In this document: positions 25,401-38,571 of the stretch, piece after piece | Layout of the letters: each line of letters starts with the position of its first letter | Numbering within the stretch: the first letter of the stretch is position 1 | Assembly: GCA_051294905.1 (NCBI GenBank) | Contig: CM119371.1 | Coordinates: forward strand, 3,288,001 to 3,348,000 | Direction of reading: 5' to 3' | DNA: 60,000 nucleotides | Source of the DNA: Botryllus schlosseri | Taxonomy: Eukaryota | Notes under the pieces: generated by a model | Database searches by the model: none | What the model was told of the DNA's origin: nothing | Seen by the model: the letters and a program-made list of their open reading frames with translations, nothing else | Position numbers and translations under genes: made by a program

Positions 25401-28400
25401 TTGATATTGGTGTACCTCATAGGCACACTCGTGCATAGAGCGTTGGTGATATGTTCGGGTAACAAACTGAGTTTAGAACTTGCGACATTGTCAAAATACC
25501 CATTTCAGTTGGTATGAGTCAAGATACTACATTCCAGTGGCGGCTCGTGACAATATCGGGTGGTGGGGCAAGGGCCGCAAGCGACTTGTTATCAATATGA
25601 CGTCACAGTAGCGTTTTTCAACGTTCATGATGGCCACATGAATTTCCCGTAAACAATGATTTTTAACGTAGGTGCCGCGAGAGGTTTGCCGGTGGCGTGA
25701 CTTGAAGTGCGGTGACAAATGTTTTATTCATTGTTTTTATTCAAATGAATATTTTACAAAATGTACGCGAACTAAGAATCGTTCCCATGCCACGAATCAA
25801 TCATCAGGTTATCCTTAGTAGCATGCGTTATGATTTCGTGGTAGAGATTACGCAAGCGCCGAGTAAGACTATACCAAAAATACACCGACCAACTACCTAC
25901 AAAGAGCATTCGCATGACACCTTGTGGTGTTTTAATCGTTCCATGCTCAGCAATTCTGTAAAGTGCTGCAGCGCCTCCGACCCGATTTGTATATGGTAGG
26001 ATTCTCGTCCCGAAAGCGAGTCAAATCGATTTGCCCTCGTTCTTCTAAGCCCGTCCGAAAGTGTTTGGTACACGATCCTGATGCGTTACGACCAGGGGAT
26101 AGGCAATCAAAGCGGTGGCACCCATAAACGTAAAACATTATAAAAATCCAGCTGTTATCCATGGAAGATTAATTACGAGTCTGCCTGCCATCATTCAAGC
26201 AGGAATCAAAGCATTGTGTTAAATTGAAATGCGAGCACGTATCGCATTAAACAATTTCATGAATAAATTATTTCATCTTGATGAATTTTTCACTTTTTTT
26301 CCATAGCCATAACAAAATATATCGGTAAATTAACTGTCAGTGTGCCTCGAGTAATAAGGATGAAAACCACTCACTTTTCCTTAGCCATAGACATGGTTGA
26401 GTTACCTGGGCTCACTTGATTGAAATTATTCGGAAAGAACATGATGTGTACAGTCGTCCGCCCACCAGCATCAATTTATGTCTTGTATAAGTATTGTGCG
26501 CGACGTGATTTCTTATTAGCAAAATGTTCAATAACGAGTTTATTGAAATCTGGAATTCCCAGAACCACGTCGTTGTGAATCGAGAGAACAGCCAACGCAT
26601 TAAGCCTATCTTGGCCCATCCTGTTTCTGAGAAAGGTCTTGATACGTTTCAATGTGCTGAAACTGCGCTCGGATTCCGCGGATGAAATCGGGGTGGTCAA
26701 AATGATATTCAGAAAGCTAGTTACTGTAGCAAAGTTGATCAAAAGCGAATTTTCAACTAGGAATTTTGAAAGTTCACTAGTGGTTTTAATTTCCGAAAAG
26801 GATGTGTTAGAATACAAACAAGTCAACTCGCTCTCCAACCGAGCAATGTCGATCATCGGGTAATAACGAGGCACGCTGCGCAGTAGTCCAGAAGGAAAAT
26901 GAATTTTGTAGGCAGGGAAATTTCTCGGATTTAACAGGGCGAAAGTAACCAACTGGTCACTATTCAGACGATGTTGGATTTGGGACATCAGTATATCGCA
27001 ACATTCGTAAGCCGCAACAAGCAGGTTTTGCACACTTATCCCACGACGTAAAAGCGCTGTGTCACCAGCGAAGTGTACATTCGCCCGGATATGCGAAATT
27101 GCCTCACAAAAATGTGCAATACACAATTGCGCAGTAGTACCATCGGCCTTACGCGACTGAAAAGTGCTGTACAGTGTATCGACGTGCATGAAGATGTCAC
27201 AAAAAAGCTTCAAAAAGAACAAAAATTCTTCGTCTTCCAGGAGTCGTTTAAGCCCGGCCGCTTCACGTATGGAAGTATCATCCCAGACAGGAGAGCTCTC
27301 AATCACTGAGAAGCATTCCAGAAGCTCCACCCTACTCTCTGACACTCGTTGCACAACTCTGGATTGGAAGTTCCACCGTGTTGATACGCATCTAGGTAAC
27401 CGGTGCTTGCATATGTCGCGCAATAGATCAGATCGCTTTGGCGAAACAGAGAAAAAGGAGGAGAACCCTGAAAGATTTGCAAAGAATATCTTGACAGAAG
27501 ATATTCCTAAGCACATTTTTTTCACTACAAGATTGAGCTGATGCGCGTAGCAATGCAAAAAATGCGCATGCGGGTAAACTTCTTTCATTAAAACTTGTAC
27601 GCTATGTCGCGATCCGCTCATGACTGCTGCGCCGTCGTAGGTTTGCGCAATAAGTTTCGACTCAACTGAATGGGGCTGTAATGTTTTTTTTTTAATACGT
27701 AAGAAATTCCGACAGCAGTGCGATCGTCAACAGCCACAAAGCTGTGGAATCGTTCGACTGGCATACCAAATTTCGTGAACCGAAAAATCACGACTAGTTG
27801 TGACAAACACGTAATGTCAGTTGTTTCGTCAGACTGAATAGATAGAAATTCAGCGTCAACAATCTCGGTAAACAAATGCTGTAGATAGATGTGATATATC
27901 GAATCAAGCACATCATTTTGAATAGTCTTTGAGGTACCCTTAGCTACTGTCGCGGTGTCGAGATGTTCGCGCAAAATGCTATCTATGGAAGCCGTGTATT
28001 TAATTAGATCCAAAAATACCCCCCTATTGAGAGAGCATTCCTTCTCATCGTGGCCTCGAAGGGGCCATTCATGAACTCCAATAAATTTAATGGCATCAAT
28101 CACCCGAGAGAGAACATGCCTATTCTTATCTACAAGCTCATTGTGCTTGCAGACTGATACGCGATAACTTTCATTGAGCTGCGACATTACATTTACTCTG
28201 CCAAACAATTTATATTTAACTGCACTAGCCACCCAGCAAACACAGAACCGTAAAAAAACCTTTCGGGATGGTTTCGAATGGTTATTTTAGGGTTTCGATT
28301 TTTATGTTTCAGAGGTATGTTTAAAAAACGTAGGAAAAATGATCTTCAGGATCAAATTATTCTGTATGAATTCGAATTTGGTGGTAAGTATTCTGATGTG

Positions 28401-29657
28401 GGAAGCTATTTGGAACCTGTAGATACCGTTGCGTTTTGATAGAGTGCTGCCATCAGTATAAATTCGTGTTACTTGGTCGAAAACCTTATTTTCTGATTGA
28501 CCGTCATCATTATATACAGCCTATATTCATTGTCTCGTGAGTCTCGTCTGTTTCGCTAGCTGAGCATGAATTCCAGTTTTATTCCGAGTAAATATAACTA
28601 AATAAGTCGAATGGGTGCACTTAACTGTACGTGGTTATCCGAGCGTGACTTCTAGATTATTCTGGAAATTTGAACCGCGCTTCGCGCTTCGTTCGCGGGA
28701 TGACTGTTTCGGAATGTGGTTGTAGTTGTGTATGTTAAATTCTGGAAGCTGGAATTGCGACTGGTACCGGATGTGGGTAAAAACTAGGTGTACGGTACAT
28801 AGTTGAGCGAGTAATATGCTATTTTGAAGGAATACCCTGTAGTTTATGACTCCGAGAGCTGTTTGACTTGCTGCAAACAGTTCGAAAATTACGTCTATTT
28901 CGGTGGCTGTAATAATAATAATACAAGCATTTTCAGCTATTTATAACATTATAATGTAGCATGTTATCAGGGACAATCACCGTACCGGACTGCATACTAT
29001 ATGGGTTGCTCAATGGCATGGTCGTCTGCAGTTATCCACGTAAGTTTCTAAAATTATGCTTACATGAGTCATTTTCGTATCATATTATGATAACATACCG
29101 TAACATGTAGGAGATTATATGACACGGCCTACTGGGTATAATCTTAGCGCTGGCGACCAGCTGTACCAACTACTTTTTCACTGATTCCTAAAATACTAAT
29201 TAAAATCTCGTCCGGGCACTGAAACCCCCTAAAATCTCCCACAAAGTTGGAAATTTTCATTTTACTGAACAATAGGGGCGCCCGAGCTGAATGCCGATTA
29301 ACATTTGGTACGCACGGTACCGATTGTGACGCCATGCCATTGAGCGTCTCGGCGAAGTCAAGCCGTGCTCCCGGTGAGGCCGTGACCCTCTGAGTATGTT
29401 GCTAGAGATTGATGTGATGCCAATATACGTCCTATTCGAGTAGTTTTAGTATTTCGCGTCGTAGCGCATTTACAAATATGAGAATACAAATGATAGCACT
29501 GAAGCCAACGCATATTGTAGAATTTACTATCAACATCAACGTGTAGGAAGCTAGCTGGCCTATTTACAAAACAATTATATAGTTCCATTCGGGTCTTGAT
29601 GGTTCCTAAATTTTATTTGAATTGGCAATATTGGAACGTAGTTTTAGGTGTTGCAAC

Positions 29658-29831
29658 CAATGTTCCCTGTAAGCTGCTCAAGTGTGCAATTGCGACATGC
29701 CGACACCGTATCTGGGCACAGAAAATTTAAGCTGCGCACAAAACATCAAAGTGATGACCTTTTTTTAGTCGCTACGCACTGTTGTCCAAGTTGAGTGCGT
29801 GCAGACTCTTGAAAAATTGGAGGGAACATTG
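29658..29831. mobile_element. hAT-type MITE (CAATGTTCCCT family)
   Basis: TIR CAATGTTCCCT/AGGGAACATTG; TSD GTTGCAAC/GTTGCAGC; inverted homologue of 39906-40099. Confidence 0.85.
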
Positions 29832-32541
29832 GTTGCAGCTACTTTGAGTTGGTTGCATCGCATCAATCGCTGTAAACGCGAATACGTCCTAAAATGCAAG
29901 TAGCCTACTTTCATATTTTTTGTCGCACATATAAAAATTTGGACAAATAGAAATGAGAACACACCAGTTATTCTCTGCGATTAACCGACTGATTAAAAAA
30001 ACGGCTCATTCTCATAATTCATTCAGCTAAGTCCTAAACGGCATCCCAACCAAACCAAAAATGGCATAAACAGTGGTGTGTGATCTAAGTGGTTTTTGGC
30101 CGCCATGTTTTGATCGGCGTCGCAGATATCGCAAATGTATGATTTCAAACTGCCGAACATCCCAATTATAGGTACAATTTATCTATCTATGATGCACTAT
30201 AAACACTGTTTCGTTAATTAGCCTGTTATGCGCAGAGAACACCTAGTGTGTTATCGCACTGGTGTCTCATTCACATTAGAACTATGTTATAATATTGTCA
30301 GATCCGATGAAATTTATGACCCACAAAGAGCCGAATGGATTCATCTGCTACGTGCAAGGAAGTACGCATCTATATCGAATTCCGCAGTGATATGCGTAGG
30401 TAGGCTGCATTTGTATAATCAAAATTCGTGGATGCGCGATGATGCGAATGCGATGCGACTCGACGTATTCGGGTCACATTGAATTATATGTCGCAAAATA
30501 CTCTGACAATCATGGGGAACACAGCTCGACTTTGCCGAGACGCTTGTTGGCGTCACAGTCGAAAAGAGACTTTATTCGACTATTGTCTACGGGCGATACA
30601 ATTGTTAGAAACAATGTAAATTCGGACATTGAGGGTTATTTTCGGGGGGTTCCAGTGGCCGGACCAAATTTTAATTTATAATTTCGAAATCAATGTGACA
30701 GTAGCTTTCGATTGAGACCGGTTAAACAAAATTTTGAGCTCGAGTTGCCAGCGCTAAGATTACCACCTACTGCTTTCGATTTCAGAAACAGCAGCACTGA
30801 TTTTTTTCGGAAGAGCAAGCAGATGCGTAAGAGCTGGCAAAATTGGTAAACTTCTTGACCGGAAAGTGAATTAAACTGTTCTACAAAAAGATTGTACCGC
30901 AGGTATGAGGCTGAATATTTCTAATACTTCTGAGACTTATGGCTAGCAAAACATGATATACAATTGCAGTTTAAAGTTCATCCAACGCAGAAGCAACTTC
31001 CCACTTGGCAGACCGGACTGTCACAATATCACACTGAGACGATCGCAAAAGTGGATTTACATACTTTCGTAGTATTCCCTCGGTATGTCTAGAATTTTTA
31101 ACCGGTATGACTTTGATAATTATAATGATATCAAAAACTCAATCTCAAACCAAGTATCAATGTTTGATTCGTGGATGTGAAGCAATAACTGCAACTGCTG
31201 TACCCAGAATCCGTCAATAGGGTTCTTTAGAGTAATGAGGTATCTTCAGTAACTTGAGACTATATTTTCATGCTTTGCGGGGATAGTTATGTGCACTAGA
31301 TTCATTTTAATATTCTGAAAACAATGTGGGGGTCGAATATCCGCATTTTAGTTTCATGACCAAAAGTATTTAAGAACCCCTGTAGATACGATACCGCCAT
31401 ATTGTATATTTTGACTCGCGTCAAGTCAGGTTAATCGATTTTCGAAGGTGACTCGAGTCGAATCACTCGATTTTTGTATGTGACTCGAGTTGAGTCAAAA
31501 TTCAAGTCAAGGCGCCTTTTCGTCGTATGAGGCATGATTATGTCATTGCATTTTGCTAGCTGTCTGAAACAGATTGAGCGGTAATTGACTCTGAGCCAAT
31601 GAACGAATATAGAGTTGAATATACGCGTAAGAAGACGCTGTATCGCTCACATATACGCAGAACTGTTAAACTGCGTAAGTAATTGCACAGCCTCAGTTTA
31701 TAGAACTTCTAGAACTGGTCACTTTACCAGCCAAAATAGAGAATAGAGAAATAAATTGATAAGATGCAATACATTACCCTTTTACAAACAAATATGATAC
31801 ACCATTCGTTAGTACAACGACGAAGCCGTTTCTGCTAGTGCGGAATAGTGTTGTTGCACACAGGCGAATAGCTTATTTTGAAAAAAAACAATAATTTGAA
31901 ACTGACATCAATTTCAGCATTCAACCGTCAGCCACGTGTTGCACATCTATCCGTAGATTAGTTATCAATACCTATATCTATAGCTACTGTTCGGTCAACT
32001 GGAAAGTTACACAGCACATTGCATTGAAATAGCAGTGACGTAACGTTAGCAGTCTTCTCACAACTTTTCTGCAATCCTAGTTAAAACTCCAGACTCAAAG
32101 CAAGAGGCTTGGATGCATGATTATGCATTTTTGTTTTACTTCTAATCCAATTCCTGGTTTTCCTGTAAAGGCGACTGTAGGCCTATTGTGTGAAACAAGC
32201 CAAGCTTGCTGTACGGTACAGACATTTGCTATTCTCATGTCCTTAATAAGAATGGACCATGATTTGGAACTTGATGCGATGTCAGAGTTTTCTCGAATTT
32301 AGTCATTTTAATCTAATTTGTATACAAACTGTAGCTATAATTCTAATTTAAATCCAATTTGCAGACAACTGCTGTGTAGCTATAATCCTTATTCTACTCT
32401 GATTCGGAAATATATCTAACTGTAATTCCAATCTAATCAGGAAAAGCTAAAATATTTCTAATTGTCCAAGTCTTTTTGTGAAGTCCTTGTCGGGTATGAT
32501 CGTTGCACTTGAATAATTCTGTTTGTATATTATGATTTCAG

Positions 32542-32703
32542 ATAGCTGGATTCAGCTCAGTTGGAGGCGACACAAATGGCCAATCTGTCAGATCCATCAT
32601 GAAAAAGGTCGCTACTACCCGTGTGTGGAGCAGTTACAGCCGTGTTGGAAAATCTGAGAAGGAGGCTTTTAACAAGCTCGCGTTGTACAAGATCATATAT
32701 ATA
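32542..32703 (+). CDS. Internal exon encoding a DUF4806-like (BEN-like) domain, probably the accessory gene of the EnSpm-like element
   Basis: TTTCAG| acceptor and |GTGAG donor; open phase-0 frame IAGFSSVGGDTNGQSVRSIMKKVATTRVWSSYSRVGKSEKEAFNKLALYKIIYI fits GG...VRxIM...YSxxGK..KxxFxxL. Confidence 0.62.
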
Positions 32704-32789
32704 GTGAGCAACATTTATGTTTACCTTCGAACCTATCTATATGTGTTCAGTAGCCTACCTTACACCCCATGTAAATGTTGAGCTAGCTC

Positions 32790-33699
32790 AGTGGTTCTCG
32801 AACTTTTTTGACAAGCTACCTTGACAATAGCTAAAATTTTCCCCACCACCCCTTTATCGTCATATCAAAAATATTAAAACGAGCAGCCAGAATATTAGCG
32901 ACCCCAACACATTGTTTGACGGCATGCAGGGTATTCTGGCTACACTATGTTGCCAGCCTGAACTATCGCGTCTCCAGCAGGACTGTCGTGTGTGCGCAGC
33001 GTGTGCGAATGTTAGCCTGACCGCGGACTTTAGGCTGTTGATGACTAAAATATCAGTTCCGACATGTTGGCGTAGCCAGGAGCCATCTTGGTATATGACC
33101 ATAAAGTAGAATATCTCGTAAAGGATTTATTTGTCTTGATATTTTTTTAACGCTGCGCTCGATTTATTGCCAATCGATTTCTTGCTTTTAGTATTGGTGT
33201 CTCCTCCTGAAACGTCTTATTTACGGAATTGATATTAGCTATATTGGCAATTATGCGAGAACGTGTCGTCCGACATACGACTTCGCGTCTGCACTCGCGA
33301 AAAGATCGTCGGCGATGAAACCTTTGCACAAAGTGATAGACGCACTTTCACTGAACTCTTCGATATTGATACGTCCAAGCGTTGATTAATCATGTCCTGG
33401 CCAAATGAGCCCAGCAGTTTACAGCGTCGACCCACAATATATGCAACTAACAATGTTTTATTGACCTAATTCTTTCATTAACTTTAATAATATTTTCGCG
33501 CTTTGCGCGACTAGGACATGTTTTCATGACATAATTGTTAACGATTTTGATGTGTGGTAATATGAGTCCTTTTTTACCGTTACCTATAATCCGGTTCGTT
33601 CCTATCGAACGACTAAAAAAGCACATCAACATTCAAGTGGCCCACGCAATGGTTTGGAAATCTCATGTGGCCCGTTGGCCGAAAAGGTTGGCCACCCCT
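32790..33699. mobile_element. hAT-type non-autonomous element(s); inverted partial copy at 33891-34155 and relative at 48885-49568
   Basis: End AAAAGGTTGGCCACCCCTG. 33260-33455 is inverted-homologous to 33950-34150, and 33020-33090 to 49370-49430. Left boundary uncertain. Confidence 0.6.
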
Positions 33700-36600
33700 G
33701 ATGTACGGTATCAATAAATTTTTGTCAATCATTATTCAATCGATTAACCAATTCAGTGTCATGGTTCAGTTATTCAAATGTAATACGATGTAATGTTATT
33801 CAACAGAATGTTATGTAATTTAACATTGCAAGTCTATTATGGTTAGTGCAGGGGCGGCCAATCGTTTTCAAAAGTCTATTATGGTTTGTGCAGGGGTGGC
33901 CAACCTTTTCAAATTTTTTCAAAGTTCACGAAACAATTGAGTCAATGAAATAATGTTAGTTGCATATATTGTGGGCCGTCGCTGTATACCGCTGGGCTTA
34001 TTTGACCAGGACATGATTAATCAACGCTTGGACATATCAATATCGAAGAGTTCAGTGAAAGCGCGTCTATCACTTTGTGCAAAGGTTTCATCGCAGATGA
34101 TCTCTTCGCGAGTGCAGGCGCGAAGTCGGATGTCGGACGACATGTTCTCGCATTCCATTTTGCTGGGTAAAAGACGGATTAATCGGTCATTTATCTTCAA
34201 TCAAATAATATAAAGTTAAATATAAATGCAAAAGGCGTTTTATCACTCACACGTAGAACTGCTAATAGCATATGTGAGTAACTTTATAGCTACACGCTAC
34301 GTTCTATTATCGGCCGAAATAGAGGATCGAATACGAAGCCTCGAGAAGTTGCAATAAATTGATAAGGGACAATATACTACCCTTCCGTGAGAATAGGGAC
34401 GCATAGACAATATTCGTTCGATTTAAATTATACAGGAGAGTTGGTAAAAGATAGCACCGCGCAATTTAACCACTGTGCTGTCTGAGAAACAATGATACCT
34501 TGCTAACAGAATAAACTACTACGACGACGACAACGCAAGCATAAGCTGTGACCGTTTCGTTTGCGGTCAATTAAATTATGATGTAACAACAGGATCAGTG
34601 AAAGGTGCGATCAGTGAATGGCTGTTTGGTGTTTGCTCTCACAAGTGATACCGGCATATCGCAAAAAATCCGAACGTACATAAGATATAGGGTGATTTAA
34701 TTGACACCGTTTACTTGATTACTTGAAATTGACTCGTGAATTTTACTCCGAGTCACGAGTCAATCCATATATCTCGAGCGCCGAGTCGAGTCAAGTCATT
34801 TTTGCAAAGTGACTCGAGTCATCCCAACACTGCGTAGTACTAAGAGCTATCTAAACAGGATCGAGCATGTCTTTAACATTCAATGTTGTTGTTTCTCTGT
34901 AGGGTTCTATGGGTAAAAAGGCAGAAAGCAGCGTCTTATCCTCGTCATCAGAAGATGAAGAAGACACATAATCAGTTGGCTTGATTATTTTTTCATTCGC
35001 TTCTTTGACATCGTTTCGTTCTGAATTATTTTCTTTGAGTTTCGTTGACACTGTTTTCTGTATGAATTATAAGTTCATCAAAGGCAATGTGTACTGTGAT
35101 ACGTGTATGTGTCCGCAGCCACCCTCAGGTATGCCTAAATATGGGAATACAGGGATGTTAGTATCTCAGGATGTTTTTCTGACCATCGATTGTACGTTCT
35201 AAAGCATTGTAGATACACAGTTTTATCTACGTTTTATTAACGATCCCGATTTGCGTGAAGAACGCGTTAAATTGAGTCGACACAAAAACCGACTTTAAAA
35301 TATCCTGCTAGTCTTCAATATGAACCAAATAAAAATGTTTTTTTAACCTCAATGGGCTGTTTCGTGTTTGCTGGGCATGTGCACTTGGGATTTTTGGTGC
35401 GTTTTCAGACGCTCTGACAAATGCTTCAGATCGCGATAACCAATTTTGTTCCAACAAGAGCCACTGCTTCCGGTACCGGCACTGTCGAATAAAAGACAGT
35501 AAAAGCAAAACAAGGCGTTTTTATCCTCGCCATAAGTAAGCCATTCATTTTTATCGAAATGCGCTGAAGAAAAGGCACGAGAGCGTTTTCCTCCGGCGTG
35601 CGATTGGATCAATGGGAATGGGCAATTTCTAGGCTGATACGGACCTAGTCGCTTTACCTCTAATTTTTGCTCTAAAGGCAGCTGGCTAAACGGCGTACGG
35701 AGCAAAGATTCAACACGATTCATGTTCGCACTTGACCTGACTACTTATCTGCAGAAATGGAAATGACTATAAATCGAGAGATTGCGTATGCCTAACTAGA
35801 AAGGTCAACGAGTTCGGACACATACGCAATTGTTATCTCATAGATTGGACAAGGAAATGTCATATTGAATCCAAAACATCATTCTGAAGAACTACGGATA
35901 GCAGCCTCGGAAATTCGGTCCCGGTACAGCTTGGGAGATTCTGGCCTTGAGGCTGGAGACTGTCACACGACACATACGGCTTACGGTCTATAGTGTCTAT
36001 ATGTCTGCTGCAAAATCGCCTTCGGAAAATATATTACCGAATAAATACGTGGATGAACGCCGAAAACTTGGTACACTGTTACATGAAATCATCGAGAAGT
36101 ATAGCGTCATGACCGTTTTCGGTATGGTACACTGTCAAAATTAATACGAACAGATCAACGCCGAATTTTGCGTAATATTTACTGAGGAATCGGCTGATCA
36201 AGCGATCAGCTGTTAGCCGCCATCGAAAACGAAACAGCTATCGCGCTTGACAGGGGTTGTAATTGTGAGCAAATGGCCCGAAGGCCACCATTCCACGGTG
36301 AAATTGACATTGGAGAATATAAAATAGTGTCAGATCAGCGCACATCTCTACCATACTCGAACTTAATAACGAAATTGCTGCCCTAATCATTGAGTGTCAA
36401 CCTTGAGACTTGGCACAGCGTTCGATACTAAAATCAAGACATACCATGTAAAAGTTCATGACGGATCTAGCTAAGGAGCATCGTTAAAATCAATGGAGAC
36501 CAATACCGGCTTTGCGTGAAATATGTTTGCGATACATGACCGATCAGCACACACTCGACTTTGGAAACGGAATTACTACCCTAAACTTTGAGTAGAAACC

Positions 36601-37803
36601 CTGAAACTTAGGACAGTGTTAAATACCACCATCACGACATGACATACCAAGTTTCAAGAATTATCATGGTGTGAAACACCATCAAAATCGACCTGTACCA
36701 GCAACGGTCGACTGAACGCATATCACGCTATCCGAGTTCAGATATAGATACGATTGTTACATCACACCTTAGGGGCGAGTAGGCATATTTGCCCCGGTTG
36801 CTCGGCCATTTTACGAATAGGAGAGAGTAAATCACCGTTTCTTTATTGTGCGCGGCTTTGAGAGAATAGATAGTGAAAGCTTGTTATGAGCGCTACCGGG
36901 GCAAGCCCCGGCTAGGCATTCACAAAGCGAAAACACAGAAGAGAATTCGATTTTCGCAGAGACTTCGCTATGTATGGGCGTTTGCAAGCGAAAGCACATA
37001 AGAAGAACGCGGGTTTCGCTGTGATCTCGATATATATTGAGCGCTGTGCGTCTATAAATGGTTAAATTGTTATTGAACAGAATTTTAGGTGGGGCAATGC
37101 CCCAGTTGCCCTATAGGACGAGCCGCCACTGCTACATTCATATTTCCCCCCGAGATCTTTCAAACATACGATTTTTAGCATCAATGTCATCATAACACTC
37201 CGGCACTAATTTGGGTCGCATAACCGTTATGCATAGCCTGTGCGGTTCCAATATCCTTTGCCGGATGAACCACTGTCAGGCAATTCACAATATTTAGAAC
37301 AACTGCATCAAAAATGTAGAAATTGCGAGGAAAAACGATTCCGCCGAATCCAAACCACCATTATCATATGTTGAAAGCTCCAATCTTTTTCAAAGGATTT
37401 CTTCGATTATTCAGTTCAGTTCCTATGCCAAATGAGTTCGTAGTGTATGACTTTGTCCTAATCGTCAATTAAGCTATCAACAATATACCAATGCATCTTG
37501 AAAAATATACAATATGATAAACAAAGCTCATAATACCAACAGCTTTCAGCTCTTCCCAGGTTAACGATCGGCAGCTAGGATGCTGGCCATCTGAATGTTT
37601 TGATACTCACGCTTCATCGTTCAGACATATGGCTCTTCTATTTATTGTATAAAATCAGCATTGCAGAGTGGTTATAGACAATTTTGAGCGAGTTTGAATG
37701 AACGAAAGCGTATGGGGGGTGACTTTATCAGAAAATGGGATATTTCAAATCGTATTTTAACATACTTCTAATTCGAAATCAGACAAGAGCAATACATTTT
37801 TGA

Positions 37804-37808
<5 letters not shown>

Positions 37809-37836
<28 letters not shown>
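37809..37836 (+). repeat. (CT)n microsatellite
   Basis: Run of about 13 CT units. Confidence 0.95.
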
Positions 37837-37840
<4 letters not shown>

Positions 37841-38571
37841 TTTAAGATTCTGCAGTAAAAAAAAGTTGCAAAATTTTGTGATTCCAGCTGCACCTTAGGG
37901 CCTTAAACTTATACGCTTCGTTACAACAACTGTTCTTAGACAAATATGACACATCGGCCTTCCATAACAATAATGTACCGCAGTAGTAATTGCGTTCCTA
38001 ATGAAAGATGTCGCGGGCAGGGCATGGTATGGTATGGTATGGAACGTGGATTTTCCATACTCCACACTTGCCTTACTCTCTCCATACCATAGTTGCAATT
38101 TTCCATACCATACCAACATTGTTCCATACCATATTTGATACATATATTCCATACTTTCAAATACTTCAATGTCATAGTAAAGTACCTTTCCTAGCACCTG
38201 TATTATGATATTTCGGGTGTAATTATTGCTTAAACCTGCCAAGATGCGAATCTAATTCCTGGTAATAGTTTTACAGAGTCTGTTTTGGTGAGGTTTAGAT
38301 CACGGTGGTGTGCCGTGTACGTCTACAGCAGTGGTTCCCAACGTGGGAGATTTGGCGGTCTAGTGGGGCGAAAATAACGAAGGGGCCGATAGGGGGGCGA
38401 AAACGGACGAAGTGGGCGATGGGGCGAAAACAATAAAGGGGGCGATGACGCGTTAAAACGGCTATGTTGGTGTCAGAACCGTAACTGCCGCACCCCAAAC
38501 CCCCAATTGGGGTTGGGGAGCCGAACTCGTAGGGGGCCCAAAATTATTTCGTGAATAAACATAAATGATAG

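Larger units (their letters stand above)
28232..35375. mobile_element. CACTA/EnSpm-like non-autonomous element (7144 bp) inserted in the hAT transposase
   Basis: TIR CCCAGCAAACAC/GTGTTTGCTGGG; 2-bp TSD CA. Removing it restores ...CAC ATG GCT AGT... in frame. CCC termini with a 2-bp TSD fit animal EnSpm-type elements. Confidence 0.78.
26476..35723 (-). pseudogene. hAT transposase of ~700 aa, split into 35723-35376 and 28229-26476, with a frameshift in the T10 run at 27684-27693
   Basis: N-terminal TTF-type Zn finger (FCFYC...HQKSQVH) joins in frame to ASAVKYK. Motifs LRGHDE, SKTIQND, DETTD, AQTYDGAAVMSG (after shift), HCYAHQLNL, TRW, SERSFSTLKRIKTFLRNRMGQDRL. Confidence 0.93.
25535..37131 (-). 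mobile_element. hAT DNA transposon (ZMYM1/P52rIPK-like transposase), ~4.45 kb plus a 7.1-kb insertion
   Basis: TIR CAGTGGCGGCTCGT/ACGAGCCGCCACTG; perfect 8-bp TSD CTACATTC (25527-25534, 37132-37139). Confidence 0.95.
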
